From positions 832,001-896,000 of the forward strand of contig CBDCVR010000014.1 in the NCBI GenBank assembly GCA_965223155.1: a stretch of DNA of 64,000 bases, read 5' to 3'. The stretch comes from Candidatus Multivoradales bacterium (GTDB lineage: Bacteria > Acidobacteriota > Thermoanaerobaculia > Multivoradales > JAHEKO01). Within the stretch, counting starts at the first letter, position 1. Each line of letters starts with the position of its first letter. Below, piece after piece: positions 1 to 10,693 of the stretch. The position numbers and the translations under genes are program-made. Below the pieces are notes generated by a model that was not told the origin of the DNA, ran no database searches, and saw only the letters and a list, made by a program, of their open reading frames with translations.

Positions 1-882
1 GACCGCGGGATAGTAGACGGCGTAGTAGAAGATCGCTCGGATGTTGGCGACCCGGTGGGCATCGTTGATCTCCTCGAACTCGCCCAGCGCCTGGCGCTCG
101 CGGTTGAAGAGCTGCACGATCGCCATGCCCCCGATGTGCTCCTGAAGAAAGGAGTTGATCGCAGCCAGCTTCTCCCGGACCTCACGGTAGCTCTGGCGCG
201 CCCTCAGCTTGAACCAGAAGGTCAGCAGAAACAGAAACGGCAGGATGGCGAAGGTCACCAGGGCCAAGCGCCAACTGAAGGCGAACAGAACGCAGACGAT
301 CCCACCCAGGAGCACGATGTCGCCGAAAATCGAAACCAAGCCGGCGGTAAAGAGCTCGTTTAGCGCGTCCACGTCGTTGGTGACTCGAGTCACCAGCCTC
401 CCGACCGGCCGGCGATCGAAGAAGGCCACCGGCAGCCGCTGCAACTTGGCGAAGATCGAGTGGCGCAAGTCGCGCATGATGAACTGGCCCATCACGTTCA
501 TCAGGAGTGCCTGGAGGTACAGAACCCCGAAGGTCAAGAGGAGCGCCGCCAGGTACACGCCACCGACGAGGATCAACCCCTCCTGGTCGGTCAGACCCGG
601 GGCTACCCGGGCCAGGAACGTCTCGACCCAGCGGCTCACCGCCGAGATCTCTCCGCCGGGACCGGCGGCGTCCCCGACCCAGAGATCGAGCGCCACCGCC
701 GTCGCCAGCGGACCCACGAGCTGGAGCAGCGACGAGAAGACGATGAGCGCCACCGCCGTCGCCGCCATCGGCCAGTACGGCCTGAGGTACCCGATCAGGC
801 GCCGCATCAACTCGGCGTCGTACGGCCGCGCCGCCGCGGGCTCCTCGGCTGGAATCGCCGGACTCGGAGACTCGTTCGACAA
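1..882 (-). CDS. ABC transporter permease/ATP-binding fusion (MdlB/MsbA-like), N-terminal part; runs off the window
   Basis: Own translation from TTG 882: ...RPYDAELMRRLIGYLRPYW...LQLVGPL...INDAHRVANIRAIFYYAVYYPAV, an ABC_membrane signature. Absent from the ORF track because it has no stop in the window. Confidence 0.85.
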   Translation of the reverse strand, partial: MSNESPSPAIPAEEPAAARPYDAELMRRLIGYLRPYWPMAATAVALIVFSSLLQLVGPLATAVALDLWVGDAAGPGGEISAVSRWVETFLARVAPGLTDQEGLILVGGVYLAALLLTFGVLYLQALLMNVMGQFIMRDLRHSIFAKLQRLPVAFFDRRPVGRLVTRVTNDVDALNELFTAGLVSIFGDIVLLGGIVCVLFAFSWRLALVTFAILPFLFLLTFWFKLRARQSYREVREKLAAINSFLQEHIGGMAIVQLFNRERQALGEFEEINDAHRVANIRAIFYYAVYYPAV

Positions 883-1014
883 GGCCGGAACGCTACCACG
901 TGGAGGCTGCTAGAACCTCTAGGACAACGTACGAAGCGAGCCGTTGGAAACCGAAGATTCACGGGACCGCCGTGGCGACAATGACGACACAAATTCGCCC
1001 TCGGCGACAACAGG

Positions 1015-1065
1015 TGTCACTTGTGACATTTTTCGCAAAGACGCCTTCCGACCCGTTGCTATACT
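1015..1065 (+). promoter_or_regulatory. Palindrome TGTCAC-TT-GTGACA (1015-1028) and extended -10 TGcTATACT (1057-1065) upstream of pilT
   Basis: Perfect inverted repeat plus several GACA/TGTC half-sites at 976-1028; -10 box about 50 nt before the ATG. Confidence 0.5.
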
Positions 1066-1117
1066 CCCGACATCCGTTGCCGCCCCTGGGATTCCCTTGG
1101 GGCAAGAAAGGGATGGT

Positions 1118-2230
1118 ATGACCGCGTCTCTCAACCAACTGCTCAAGGAAATGGTCGATCGGGGTGCCTCCGACCTCCACATCACGACCAACTCCCCGCC
1201 GCAGATTCGCATCGACGGCGTCCTGCATCCCCTGGACCAGCAACCCCTGAACCCGACCGAGACCAAGAAGCTCGCGTATTCGATCCTGACCGACAAGCAG
1301 AAGCAGCGCTTGGAAGAGACCTTGGAGCTGGATCTCTCCTTCGGCATCAAGGGCTTGGCTCGCTTTCGCGCCAACATCTACCACCAGCGTGGCGCCGTGG
1401 CGGCGGCCTTTCGCCAGATCCCCTATGAGATCCGGAGCTTCCAGGAGCTGGGCCTACCGACCGTGGTCCAGAGCCTGTGCGAGAAACCTCGGGGCCTAGT
1501 GCTGGTGACCGGTCCCACGGGATCGGGCAAGTCGACCACGCTCGCCGCCATGATCGACAAGGTCAACCGCGAGCGCGCCGAGCACATCATTACCATCGAA
1601 GATCCGGTGGAATACCTCCACCACCATCAGAAGTGCGTGGTCAATCAGCGTGAGCTCAATGCCGATACGCTGAGCTTCGAGTACGCGCTCAAGTCGGTGC
1701 TGCGCCAGGACCCCGACGTGGTCCTCGTCGGCGAGATGCGTGACCACGAGACCGTGGAAGCAGCGCTCCGCATCGCCGAGACCGGCCACCTCACCTTCGC
1801 CACGCTCCACACCAACTCGGCCGCCCAGACCATCAATCGGATCATCGACATCTTTCCGGCCCACCAGCAGTCTCAGGTTCGGGTCCAGCTATCCTTCGTT
1901 CTGGAAGGCATCATGTGTCAGTCCCTCCTGCCGCGAGCAAGTGGCAAGGGACGGGCCCTGGCCATGGAGATCCTGGTGCCCAATGCGGCCATCCGGAACC
2001 TGGTCCGGGAGGACAAGATCCACCAGATCTACGGCATGATGCAGACCGGTCAGGCCAAGTACGGAATGCAGACCTTCAACCAGTCGCTGGCGGCTCTCTA
2101 CTTTCGCCGCCAGATCACCATGAAGACCGCCATGGCTCGTTCCTCGAAGCCCGACGAACTGCAGGAGATCATCGCGCGTGGCGCCGCCACGCAGCAGGCC
2201 GGGTCCCGCCCACGGGCGGTGGGCCGCTAG
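1118..2230 (+). CDS. pilT: Type IV pilus retraction ATPase PilT
   Basis: GASDLHI, Walker A GPTGSGKSTT, TIEDPVE, LRQDPDVVLVGEMRD, His box TLHT, AIRNLVRE, GMQT. Start ATG 1118 follows AAAGGGA. Confidence 0.97.
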   Translation: MTASLNQLLKEMVDRGASDLHITTNSPPQIRIDGVLHPLDQQPLNPTETKKLAYSILTDKQKQRLEETLELDLSFGIKGLARFRANIYHQRGAVAAAFRQIPYEIRSFQELGLPTVVQSLCEKPRGLVLVTGPTGSGKSTTLAAMIDKVNRERAEHIITIEDPVEYLHHHQKCVVNQRELNADTLSFEYALKSVLRQDPDVVLVGEMRDHETVEAALRIAETGHLTFATLHTNSAAQTINRIIDIFPAHQQSQVRVQLSFVLEGIMCQSLLPRASGKGRALAMEILVPNAAIRNLVREDKIHQIYGMMQTGQAKYGMQTFNQSLAALYFRRQITMKTAMARSSKPDELQEIIARGAATQQAGSRPRAVGR

Positions 2231-2245
2231 GAAGGAAGTTTCGCC

Positions 2246-3451
2246 ATGCCCAGTTTCGTTTGGAAAGGCCGCGACCGCGACGGAATCTTCCAGGAAGGCG
2301 TTCTGCTTGCCGACACGAAGGACGCGGCCGCCGCGGTTCTGCGCGGGCAGAAGATTCGCCCAACCAGCATCCGGGAAAAGGGCCGCGAAATCCCCTTCCT
2401 TCCCCGGATCCCACGAAAAGTCGGCGACAAGCGGGTGGCGCTTTTCACGCGTCAGTTCTCGGTCATGCTCGACGCCGGCCTGCCGCTGGTGCAATGCCTC
2501 GAGATCTTGGGCGATCAGCAGGAACATCCCGGCTTCGCGTCGATGATCCAGAAGGTGCGAAGCGACGTCGAGAGCGGTTCGTCGGTCGCCGACGCCATGA
2601 GTCGCCAGCCCAAAGCCTTCGACGATCTCTACGTCAACATGGTGGCCGCGGGCGAGGCCGGCGGTATTCTGGACGTCATCCTGCAGCGCTTGTCGATCTA
2701 CCTGGAGAAGGCCGTCAAGCTCAAGAATCAGGTCAAGTCGGCCCTGATCTACCCGACCGTGGTCATCGCCATCGCGATCATCATCGTCTGGCTCTTGCTG
2801 TGGAAGGTCATCCCGGTCTTCGCGCAGCTTTTTGCCGGTCTGGGCGGCGAGCTGCCGGCCCTGACCCGCCTCGTGGTCTCGGCGAGTAATTTCGTCGGCG
2901 ACTACTCGATCTTCATCATCGGCGGCATGGCCGTGATTTTTTTCGGCCTGCGCTACTACCACCAAACCGAGAAAGGCAAGCGCGTGCTCGACAGCGCGCT
3001 CTTGAGGGTGCCCGCGATCGGCGAGCTCCTGCGCAAGATCGCGGTGTCGCGCTTCTGCCGGACCCTGTCCACCCTGACCTCTTCGGGCGTTCCCATCCTG
3101 GACGGCCTCGAGATCACCGCCAAGACCGCGGGCAACTCCGTCATCGAAGACGCGGTCATGGCCGTGCGCCGGAGCGTCGAGGAAGGCAAGACCTTGAGCG
3201 GTCCTCTGGGCGAGACCAAGGTCTTTCCCTCGATGGTCGTCCAGATGATTAACGTCGGTGAGCAGACCGGCGCCCTGGATCAGATGCTCTCCAAGATCGC
3301 GGACTTCTACGAGGACGAAGTCGACACCGCGGTGGCCGGACTCGTGAAACTCATCGAGCCGATCATGATCGTGGTCTTGGGTGTGATCATCGGCACGATC
3401 GTGGCCGCGATGTACCTGCCGCTCTACACCATCCTGGGCCAGATTCAGTAG
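2246..3451 (+). CDS. pilC: Type IV pilus platform protein PilC (T2SS F family)
   Basis: FTRQFSVMLDAGLPL, AGEAGGILD, KSALIYP, GEQTGALDQML, MYLPLY. Confidence 0.97.
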   Translation: MPSFVWKGRDRDGIFQEGVLLADTKDAAAAVLRGQKIRPTSIREKGREIPFLPRIPRKVGDKRVALFTRQFSVMLDAGLPLVQCLEILGDQQEHPGFASMIQKVRSDVESGSSVADAMSRQPKAFDDLYVNMVAAGEAGGILDVILQRLSIYLEKAVKLKNQVKSALIYPTVVIAIAIIIVWLLLWKVIPVFAQLFAGLGGELPALTRLVVSASNFVGDYSIFIIGGMAVIFFGLRYYHQTEKGKRVLDSALLRVPAIGELLRKIAVSRFCRTLSTLTSSGVPILDGLEITAKTAGNSVIEDAVMAVRRSVEEGKTLSGPLGETKVFPSMVVQMINVGEQTGALDQMLSKIADFYEDEVDTAVAGLVKLIEPIMIVVLGVIIGTIVAAMYLPLYTILGQIQ

Positions 3452-3477
3452 GCGCAACAAGGCGACGAGGCCTCGCC

Positions 3478-5193
3478 GTGAGCCCACTGTTCCGCGACAT
3501 CGACACCGGCGCCCTCGACCCTCAGACGATGAGGATCGAGGGCGGCCTCTACCGCCAGCTGCGCTGGATCGTGGCGCTACGCATGCTGACGATCACCAGT
3601 ATCGTCCTCGCCTACTTCCTCTATCAGCTCACCGCCAGCGCCGACGGTTTCGGCTACGACACGGTCTACACCGCGGCCGGTATCGGCTATGTCGCGTGCC
3701 TCCTCTATCTGGTCCTGCTGGGCGCGCGCCGGCCGCGGGCCGAGACCCAGGCCTACGTCCAGTTCGTGGGCGATCTGTTCCTGATCACCGGTCTCGTGTA
3801 CCACTTCTTCGACGGCACCAGCAGCCCGTTCTCGATTCTCTATCTGGTGGTCATCACCCTAGCCTCGGTCATCCTGAGACGGCGGGCGGGGATGCAGATC
3901 GCGACCCTGGCCTGGATTCTCTACGCGCTGGTGGCTCTCGCGGTGGTCCGAGGCTGGGCCCAGCCGCCCGGGCTCGAGCTGGCAGCCAATCCCCCGCTGG
4001 GGCGGCTGGCCTACTATCTGGCGATCCATCTCTTGGGCTTTTACGCGATCGCCCACCTGACCTCGAGGCTGGCTCAAAACGTCGCTCAGGCCGAACAAGC
4101 GCTACGCAGAAAGGGTCGGCACCTGGCCGAGCTCCGGGTCGCCTACCGGGACGTGATCGAGTCGATCCCGAGTGGCCTCGTGACCGCCAACGAGGTCGGC
4201 ATCCTGACCAGCGCCAACGCCGCCGCCCAGCTCATCCTGGACCGCACCTCGGTGGACCTCATCGGCCGGCCAGTCTACGAGTTGGGAATCTTCGGTGCGG
4301 AAGAGTGGTCCGGTCTCCGGGACAACGCGCACCTCGGCGAGCGGAACCGGCGGGAGACCCAGTACCGGACCGATAGCGGCGACGAGATCACGATCGGATA
4401 CAGCGTGAGCCCGCTCACCGGGGGCTCGCGCGAGCCGGCCGGCTACATCCTCATCTTCCAGGATCTTTCCGAGTGGCAGAGCCTCCAAGAGCGCGTTCGC
4501 CTCCAGGAGCGCATGGCCGCGGTCGGCCAGATGGCATCGGGCCTTGCCCACGAGATAGGCAACCCGCTGGCGGCGATCTCGGGCTCGGTCCAAATGCTGT
4601 CGGGCCAGATGCCCGAATCCTCGTCCGAGCGCAAGCTCCTGGAGATCATCCACAAGGAGAGCCAGCGCCTGGACCGGACGATCAAGGGCTTCCTCAAGTT
4701 CGCCAAACCCAACGAGGCCTCGAGCACGAGGTTCAACGTCACCGCGCTAGTCGCCGAGAACGTCGAGCTTCTACGCAACAGCGGCGAGATCGATCGCCGC
4801 CACGAGATCCGGCTGGAGCTCGCGCCCGAGCCGATCTCGCTCTTGGGCGACCCCGACCAGATCAGCCAGATCTTCTGGAATCTGGTGCGCAACGCCGTCC
4901 GGGCCATGGAGGACGGAGGCGTCCTCGAGGTCGCCGGGCGGGCGGTCGAGGACCGGTTCCAACTCGACGTCCGCGACAGTGGCCGCGGCATGACCGCCGA
5001 ACAGAAGGACCGGGTCTTCCATCCGTTTCGTTCGTACTTCGACGGCGGCAGCGGCATCGGCATGGCGATCGTCTACCGCATCGTCGAAGAGCACGGCGGC
5101 GAGATCCAGATCGAGAGCGCGCCGGGCGAAGGGACGCGGGTCCGCATCACCCTGCCCGGCGCCGTGCCCGAGACCGAGTCGCTCTCCGCCTGA
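3478..5193 (+). CDS. pilS: PilS-like membrane sensor histidine kinase with PAS domain
   Basis: Multiple TM helices, PAS, H-box LAHEIGNPL, N/G boxes; lies between pilC and pilR. Confidence 0.85.
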   Translation: MSPLFRDIDTGALDPQTMRIEGGLYRQLRWIVALRMLTITSIVLAYFLYQLTASADGFGYDTVYTAAGIGYVACLLYLVLLGARRPRAETQAYVQFVGDLFLITGLVYHFFDGTSSPFSILYLVVITLASVILRRRAGMQIATLAWILYALVALAVVRGWAQPPGLELAANPPLGRLAYYLAIHLLGFYAIAHLTSRLAQNVAQAEQALRRKGRHLAELRVAYRDVIESIPSGLVTANEVGILTSANAAAQLILDRTSVDLIGRPVYELGIFGAEEWSGLRDNAHLGERNRRETQYRTDSGDEITIGYSVSPLTGGSREPAGYILIFQDLSEWQSLQERVRLQERMAAVGQMASGLAHEIGNPLAAISGSVQMLSGQMPESSSERKLLEIIHKESQRLDRTIKGFLKFAKPNEASSTRFNVTALVAENVELLRNSGEIDRRHEIRLELAPEPISLLGDPDQISQIFWNLVRNAVRAMEDGGVLEVAGRAVEDRFQLDVRDSGRGMTAEQKDRVFHPFRSYFDGGSGIGMAIVYRIVEEHGGEIQIESAPGEGTRVRITLPGAVPETESLSA

Positions 5194-5208
5194 TCCCGAG
5201 CCCTGAAG

Positions 5209-6630
5209 ATGGCCAAACATCGCATTCTGATCGTCGACGACGAACGCAGCCTGCTCGAGTTTCTCCGGGTCTTGCTCGAGCAGGAAGGGTACGAGGTGGC
5301 GGAGGCCGGCTCGGTCTCGGCCGCCCGCGCGGTTCTGGCCGACCGCACCTTCGACCTGGTGCTGAGCGACATCACCATGCCCGACGGCAGCGGCCTCGAT
5401 CTGCTGCGCGAGATCAAGCAATCGGCGGCGGCCGAAACCGCGGTCATCATGATGACCGCCTACAGCTCGACCAAGTCCGCGATCGAAGCGATGAAGGCAG
5501 GGGCCTACGACTACGTGCCCAAGCCGTTCGACGTGGATGAGCTCAAGGTGGTCATCCACAAGGCGGTCGAGCGCAACGAGCTCCTTTCCGAGAACGTCTA
5601 CCTGCGCAAGGAGCTCGAGTCCAAGTACAGCTTTTCCAACATCATCGGCCGCAGCAGCCGGATGCAGGAGATTTTCTCGTTGGTGGAGCGGGTCGGCAGG
5701 ACCAATTCCACGGTCCTCATTCACGGCGAAAGCGGCACCGGCAAGGAACTCATCGCGAGGGCGATCCACTTCTCCAGCCCGCGCTCCAAGAACCGGTTCC
5801 TGTCGATCAACTGCGGCGCCATGCCCGAGTCCCTGCTCGAAAGCGAGCTCTTCGGTCACGAGCGCGGCGCGTTCACCGGCGCGGTCAAGGACAAGAAGGG
5901 GCTCTTTCGCGAGGCCGCAGGCGGCACGCTGTTCCTGGACGAGATCGGCGAGATGACGACCCAAATGCAGGTCAAGCTGCTCCGGGTCCTTCAGGAAAAG
6001 AAGGTCCGAAGCGTCGGCGGGCACCAGGAAGAGGCGGTGGACGTCCGCATCATCACCGCCACCAACCAGAACCTCGAAGACCAGATCGACGCGGGTGAGT
6101 TCCGGGAAGACCTCTACTACCGCATCAACGTCATCCCGATCGAGATCCCGCCCTTGCGCAACCGTCGTGAGGACATTCCGCTGCTGGCGCAGCACTTCGT
6201 CAAGAAGTACTCGACCGAGATGGGGATCGAGCCCAAGCAAATCGGCCAGGACGCGATGGAGCTGCTCGAGAACTACCGCTGGACCGGCAACGTGCGCGAG
6301 CTGGAGAACATCATCGAACGCGCCCTGGCGCTCTCCACGGGTCCGTCGCTGACGGCGTCCGACATCCCCCGGCACCTAGCCGAGCCCAGCCGCCGACCGT
6401 CGTCCTGGGTCGAGCTTCCCGCCGAGGGCATGGATCTCGAGGGACACCTCGAGATCATCCGGAGCAGCCTGATGACGGCGGCGCTGGAGCGCACGGATGG
6501 CGTCCAGACCAAAGCGGCCGAGCTCTTGGGCATGAGCTTTCGATCCTTCCGGTACTACGCCAAGAAGCTACAACTGACCGGAGCCGGACGCGACGGCGAC
6601 ACCGACCAACTGGCTGTCGAGCAGGGCTAG
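5209..6630 (+). CDS. pilR: Sigma-54-dependent response regulator, PilR-like (NtrC family)
   Basis: REC domain, [22 protein letters not shown]-terminal [17 protein letters not shown] typical of PilR. Confidence 0.88.
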   Translation: MAKHRILIVDDERSLLEFLRVLLEQEGYEVAEAGSVSAARAVLADRTFDLVLSDITMPDGSGLDLLREIKQSAAAETAVIMMTAYSSTKSAIEAMKAGAYDYVPKPFDVDELKVVIHKAVERNELLSENVYLRKELESKYSFSNIIGRSSRMQEIFSLVERVGRTNSTVLIHGESGTGKELIARAIHFSSPRSKNRFLSINCGAMPESLLESELFGHERGAFTGAVKDKKGLFREAAGGTLFLDEIGEMTTQMQVKLLRVLQEKKVRSVGGHQEEAVDVRIITATNQNLEDQIDAGEFREDLYYRINVIPIEIPPLRNRREDIPLLAQHFVKKYSTEMGIEPKQIGQDAMELLENYRWTGNVRELENIIERALALSTGPSLTASDIPRHLAEPSRRPSSWVELPAEGMDLEGHLEIIRSSLMTAALERTDGVQTKAAELLGMSFRSFRYYAKKLQLTGAGRDGDTDQLAVEQG

Positions 6631-6673
6631 CTCTCAGGCGCGCTCGCGTGGCGAGGGTTCGCCCGAGCGCGGT

Positions 6674-7003
6674 TCAGGACGATTCCGCGGCCTTGGCGGG
6701 CTTCGACCCGGTCGAGGCCGAGTCCTTGGCCGGCTTCGATTCGGAGGCTCCGCCGCTCTTGGAGCCGCCATCTGAGTCCCCGGCCGAGCCGCTGGACTTC
6801 TTCTCCTGCCCTTTGTCCTTGCCCTTGCCGCCATAGTCGGTGACGTACCAGCCCGAGCCCTTGAACTGGAAGGCGGGCGCCGAGATCAGCTTGCGCACCG
6901 GCTCGCCGCACTCGGGGCAGCTCTCGAGTGGCGGGTCGCTGATGCGCTGCATGGTCTCGAAGCGATGCGCGCACACCGTGCACTCGTACTCGTAGATGGG
7001 CAT
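6674..7003 (-). CDS. FmdB-family zinc ribbon protein
   Basis: [11 protein letters not shown]...CPxCG...[11 protein letters not shown] plus low-complexity tail. Confidence 0.93.
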   Translation of the reverse strand: MPIYEYECTVCAHRFETMQRISDPPLESCPECGEPVRKLISAPAFQFKGSGWYVTDYGGKGKDKGQEKKSSGSAGDSDGGSKSGGASESKPAKDSASTGSKPAKAAESS

Positions 7004-7027
7004 TGAGGTCTCCTGGAGAAGAGTCGG

Positions 7028-7837
7028 CTAGCCGGAGAGAAGATCGCCCGACGTCTTGAGCCGCACCTTCAGGGGTTCGTCTCGGGAGTCGGTCCCGGTT
7101 GCCTGCGCCGAAGACGGGCCGACCAGGTGCAGTACCTGAAAAGCATACAACAGCTTGGCGTTCTCAGCCGCCGACAGCGGCTCGATCGAGCATAGTTCGT
7201 ACAGGTTCTTGCGCCCATCCACCGCGGTCAGCAGGCGGAACTCGTCCTCGTCGAGGCCCAGCTCGATCAGGTCCTCCCAATCAAACGTGGGCTCGAGCAC
7301 GGTCTGGCGCTTGCCCAGGCGCTCGACCAGTGGCTTGGCCTCGGGCGCGCGCTTGATGCCCTCCAAGATGACCCGGCGCACGGGCAACTGGATCTGGACC
7401 CTCTGGATGCCCTGGATCTCGCCGACGGTAAAGGTAATCTCTCCTTCCCGCCAGTAGAACAGGCTCCAGACAATCTCCTCGATGTGGTGCTGGATCGCCT
7501 TGTACACCTCGGCCGGCGTCAACAGCCTGCGCTCCAGGATGAGCTCGCCGAAGCGCTTGCGCGTGTGCGCCCGGGCGCGGGCGATCTGATCGTAGTTCTC
7601 ATCCGAGAGCTTGCCGACGCGCTTCAGAAACTCGCCCAGGCTGTCGTCGAGCAGCGTCGAGGCCGCGTGAATGACGTGGCCGTCCTGCAACAGCACCCGT
7701 TTGATGACGTTGCCCTGGCGTGCCTCGATCGTTCCGGGCACACGAAACCGATGGATCGAATACAGCATCTCGGGCAGACCCGATTCCTTGAAGTCGGCTC
7801 GATACTCGAACTTGCGCGTCATGAACTCGCCACTCAC
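7028..7837 (-). CDS. DUF4388 domain protein
   Basis: LPEML...G.VIHAAS...LGEFL...FGELILE...LFYWREGEITF...VILEGIKR pattern. Confidence 0.8.
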   Translation of the reverse strand: MSGEFMTRKFEYRADFKESGLPEMLYSIHRFRVPGTIEARQGNVIKRVLLQDGHVIHAASTLLDDSLGEFLKRVGKLSDENYDQIARARAHTRKRFGELILERRLLTPAEVYKAIQHHIEEIVWSLFYWREGEITFTVGEIQGIQRVQIQLPVRRVILEGIKRAPEAKPLVERLGKRQTVLEPTFDWEDLIELGLDEDEFRLLTAVDGRKNLYELCSIEPLSAAENAKLLYAFQVLHLVGPSSAQATGTDSRDEPLKVRLKTSGDLLSG

Positions 7838-7968
7838 GTTCCCGAAACAGGGAAACGAAAAAAATATAGCACCGCAAGGGCTCCGTTCCCTGTGAACGGT
7901 CCCACATGCTGGCGGGTCCGACTCCCTCGAAGACCGACCCGCGTTCCGGTACGCTGGGCGCCACCGCG

Positions 7969-9177
7969 ATGCCCTGGATCCTCCCCGCCGACGCCTGGCT
8001 CCTGCTCGAACGGTCCTTGCGGCCGCTCGGTACCGAAACCGTAGCCCGGCGCGACGCGCTCGACCGGATCCTGGCGAGCGGCCTCGGCGCCACCGTCGAA
8101 GTGCCCCCGTGCGACGTCTCGGCGATGGATGGCTACGCCGTCGCCGAGCCGCTCCCGTCCGGGGCGGTCCTGCCGGTCGCCGGCACCCTTGCCGCCGGCG
8201 AGGCTCCCGGCTACCGCCTGGAACCGGGCACTGCAGTGCGCATCATGACCGGCGCCCCAGTGCCGGCCGCGGCCTGGACCGTGGTACCGGTGGAAGAAAC
8301 CGACGGCGGCTCGGAAACCGTGACCTTCCACGGCACCGCGCGCGGCGATGCCCACATTCGTCGCCAGGGCGAGGTCACGACCACGGGCCGGCTCATCCTG
8401 GCGGCGGGCTCGCGCTTGACTCCACAGGCCCTCGCCCTGCTCGCGACCCACGGGCACGATCAAGTCGAGGTCTACCGGCGGCCCAGCGTCGCCACCCTCA
8501 GCACGGGCGACGAGGTCGTGCCTCCGGAGGCGGTGCCGGCGCCCGGGCAGCTCCGCGATTCGCACACCGACTTTCTGGTGGGCGCCGGCCGCTCGTTCGG
8601 GCTCGAATTCGAGCCCCTCGGCATCGCCCGCGACGACCCCGCCGAGCTGGCGGCTCATCTGCGCCGCGGTCTCGAACGCGACCTTCTGCTGGTTACGGGC
8701 GGTGTCTCCAAAGGCGAGTTCGACTACGTGGAATCGAGCCTTGCCGCCTGCGGCTGCCGGCCGCTCTTTGACGCCGTCGCCATCCAGCCCGGCAAGCCAC
8801 TGGTGGCGATGGAGCATGACGCCGGCTGGGTCTTCGGCCTGCCCGGCAACCCGGCTTCGGCGATGGTCTGCTTCTGGCTCTTCGTCAAGCCCTTCCTGAA
8901 CCGCCTGATGGGCGTGCCGGACGCCTATTGGCGAGGCGCCCTCGCCGGCACGCTGGCCGGGCCGCTGCCCGGCGCCAAGGCCCGGGACAAGTTTCTAGCC
9001 GCTTCGCTCGAGGCCCGGGGCGGGCGGCTCCTGGTCACGCCGCATCCACCCAAGGGATCCCACGACGTCGGTGCCTACGCCCACGGCTCGGGCCTGGTGC
9101 GAATCCCGGCCCACGCCAAGCCGGCTCCGGCCGGCGAGGCCTGTGAAGTCCTGCCGGTCGCCGGCGGCTGGCTCTAG
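7969..9177 (+). CDS. moeA: Molybdopterin molybdotransferase MoeA
   Basis: SAMDGYAV, RIMTGAPVP, STGDEV, TGGVSKGEFD, QPGKP, GLPGNPAS. Start may be 7969 or upstream. Confidence 0.95.
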   Translation: MPWILPADAWLLLERSLRPLGTETVARRDALDRILASGLGATVEVPPCDVSAMDGYAVAEPLPSGAVLPVAGTLAAGEAPGYRLEPGTAVRIMTGAPVPAAAWTVVPVEETDGGSETVTFHGTARGDAHIRRQGEVTTTGRLILAAGSRLTPQALALLATHGHDQVEVYRRPSVATLSTGDEVVPPEAVPAPGQLRDSHTDFLVGAGRSFGLEFEPLGIARDDPAELAAHLRRGLERDLLLVTGGVSKGEFDYVESSLAACGCRPLFDAVAIQPGKPLVAMEHDAGWVFGLPGNPASAMVCFWLFVKPFLNRLMGVPDAYWRGALAGTLAGPLPGAKARDKFLAASLEARGGRLLVTPHPPKGSHDVGAYAHGSGLVRIPAHAKPAPAGEACEVLPVAGGWL

Positions 9178-10022
9178 CTGAAGGTGTCGCAGACGTTCGG
9201 ATCGCCGGTCTCGAGGCCCCGGTAGAGCCAGCGCTGACGCTGCTCGGACGAGCCGTGAGTCCAGGATTCGGGCTGCACCCAGCCGGTGGTCTTCTTCTGA
9301 ATTGAATCGTCGCCAATCGCCGCCGCCGCGCGTAGCCCCTCTTCGAAATCCCCTGGCTCGATCAGGTTGCGGCGGTTGGCATGGTGCCCCCAGACACCCG
9401 CGTAGCAGTCGGCCTGGAGCTCGAGGCGCACCGAGAGGGCGTTACCCTGCTCCGCCGACATGCGCTGGCGGGCGCGGTGCACCTGGTCGCTGATGCCGGT
9501 CAGGTTCTGAATGTGATGACCGACCTCGTGAGCAATGACATAGGCCTGGGCAAAGTCCCCGGGAGCGCCGAAGCGCCGCTCGAGCTGGTCGAAAAAGCCC
9601 AGATCCAGATAGACCTTACTGTCCAGCGGGCAGTAGAAGGGACCCACGGCCGCCGAGTTGAAACCGCAGGCCGAGCGCACTGCGCCCGAGAAGAGCACCA
9701 TCGTGGGCTCCTGGTAGCGGCCCTGCAGGATCTGGTTCCAGGTGGACTCGGTGTCGGCCAGAACGACCGAGGCGAACTCGCCCAGGGTGTCCGTGGGAGG
9801 CCCAGCCTGCCTTCCAGACGGTCCCGGCATGCGCTGGGGCGCGGTCTGCACCTGCGCCTGCTCGAGCACGTCGATCACCTGCTGGGGGTCACGCCCGAAG
9901 AGCATGGCGATCAAGATGATGAGGATGAGACCGCCGCAGCCGATCCCGCCGCCCCGCATCATCGGGCTCGCCCCGCGTCGATCCTCGACATTGCTGCTGG
10001 TCTTACGTCCTTGCCATCTCAT
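9174..10022 (-). CDS. Neutral zinc metallopeptidase (YpfJ family)
   Basis: SSNVEDRRG, GPFYCPLD, AHEVGHHIQ (HEXXH), ELQADC, THGSSEQR. Confidence 0.95.
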   Translation of the reverse strand: MRWQGRKTSSNVEDRRGASPMMRGGGIGCGGLILIILIAMLFGRDPQQVIDVLEQAQVQTAPQRMPGPSGRQAGPPTDTLGEFASVVLADTESTWNQILQGRYQEPTMVLFSGAVRSACGFNSAAVGPFYCPLDSKVYLDLGFFDQLERRFGAPGDFAQAYVIAHEVGHHIQNLTGISDQVHRARQRMSAEQGNALSVRLELQADCYAGVWGHHANRRNLIEPGDFEEGLRAAAAIGDDSIQKKTTGWVQPESWTHGSSEQRQRWLYRGLETGDPNVCDTFS

Positions 10023-10244
10023 TGGCGATCCTCCCGCGTGGGCTTCAAGGCCCGAAATCCCCGGCCCGGTGGCAACCTGACTCTTGCTGAGTCCGGCTGA
10101 CCCGGGGCCGCGTGCCGGAATCCGGCAGGGACCAATCCTACCCCACCGCTCCGCGGCTCGACGCTCGCAATCAGGTTCACAACCAAGCCGAACCTACCCG
10201 TTCGGGTGTTGCCGCTGGAGCGGCCCCGCGTACCCTGGAGAGCG

Positions 10245-10634
10245 ATGCGAATTCCGGTCGAGTTTCCCGGCAACCTCGCGGTCAGCGCGGTCCTTGACGG
10301 CCGGCGGGTGCGAACCGATCAGCCCGCCCGCTATGGCGGCGACGATTCGGCACCGCCGCCCTTCGACCTCTTTCTGGCCTCGATCGCCACCTGCGCGGGC
10401 TTTTACGCCCTGCGCTTCTGCCAGAAGCGAAATCTCGATACCGACGGTCTGGGCCTCGAGCTGGTCGTCACCCGCGACGAGTCCGGCAAGCGAGTCGAGC
10501 ATCTCGGCATCGAGATCAAGCTGCCGGAGGACTTCCCCGAGAAGTACCAGGCGGCGATCCTCCGCTCGGTCGATCTGTGCGCGGTCAAGCGGCACATTCT
10601 GGAGCCGCCCGAGTTCTCCCTGTCGACTGCGTAA
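10245..10634 (+). CDS. OsmC-family protein (YcaO-associated OsmC-like type)
   Basis: TDQP..GGDDSAPPPFDLFLAS..TCAG...CAVK. Confidence 0.9.
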   Translation: MRIPVEFPGNLAVSAVLDGRRVRTDQPARYGGDDSAPPPFDLFLASIATCAGFYALRFCQKRNLDTDGLGLELVVTRDESGKRVEHLGIEIKLPEDFPEKYQAAILRSVDLCAVKRHILEPPEFSLSTA

Positions 10635-10693
10635 CAGCCTTCCTTACGGCGATCCGCTAGGATTGGCCCGACGTCAGTCCAAGGAGTGGAGGA

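Noticed and set aside
1889-6375. Long antisense and alternate-frame ORFs over the pil genes, and similar ones across the window
   Set aside because: Typical high-GC shadow ORFs with no family motifs
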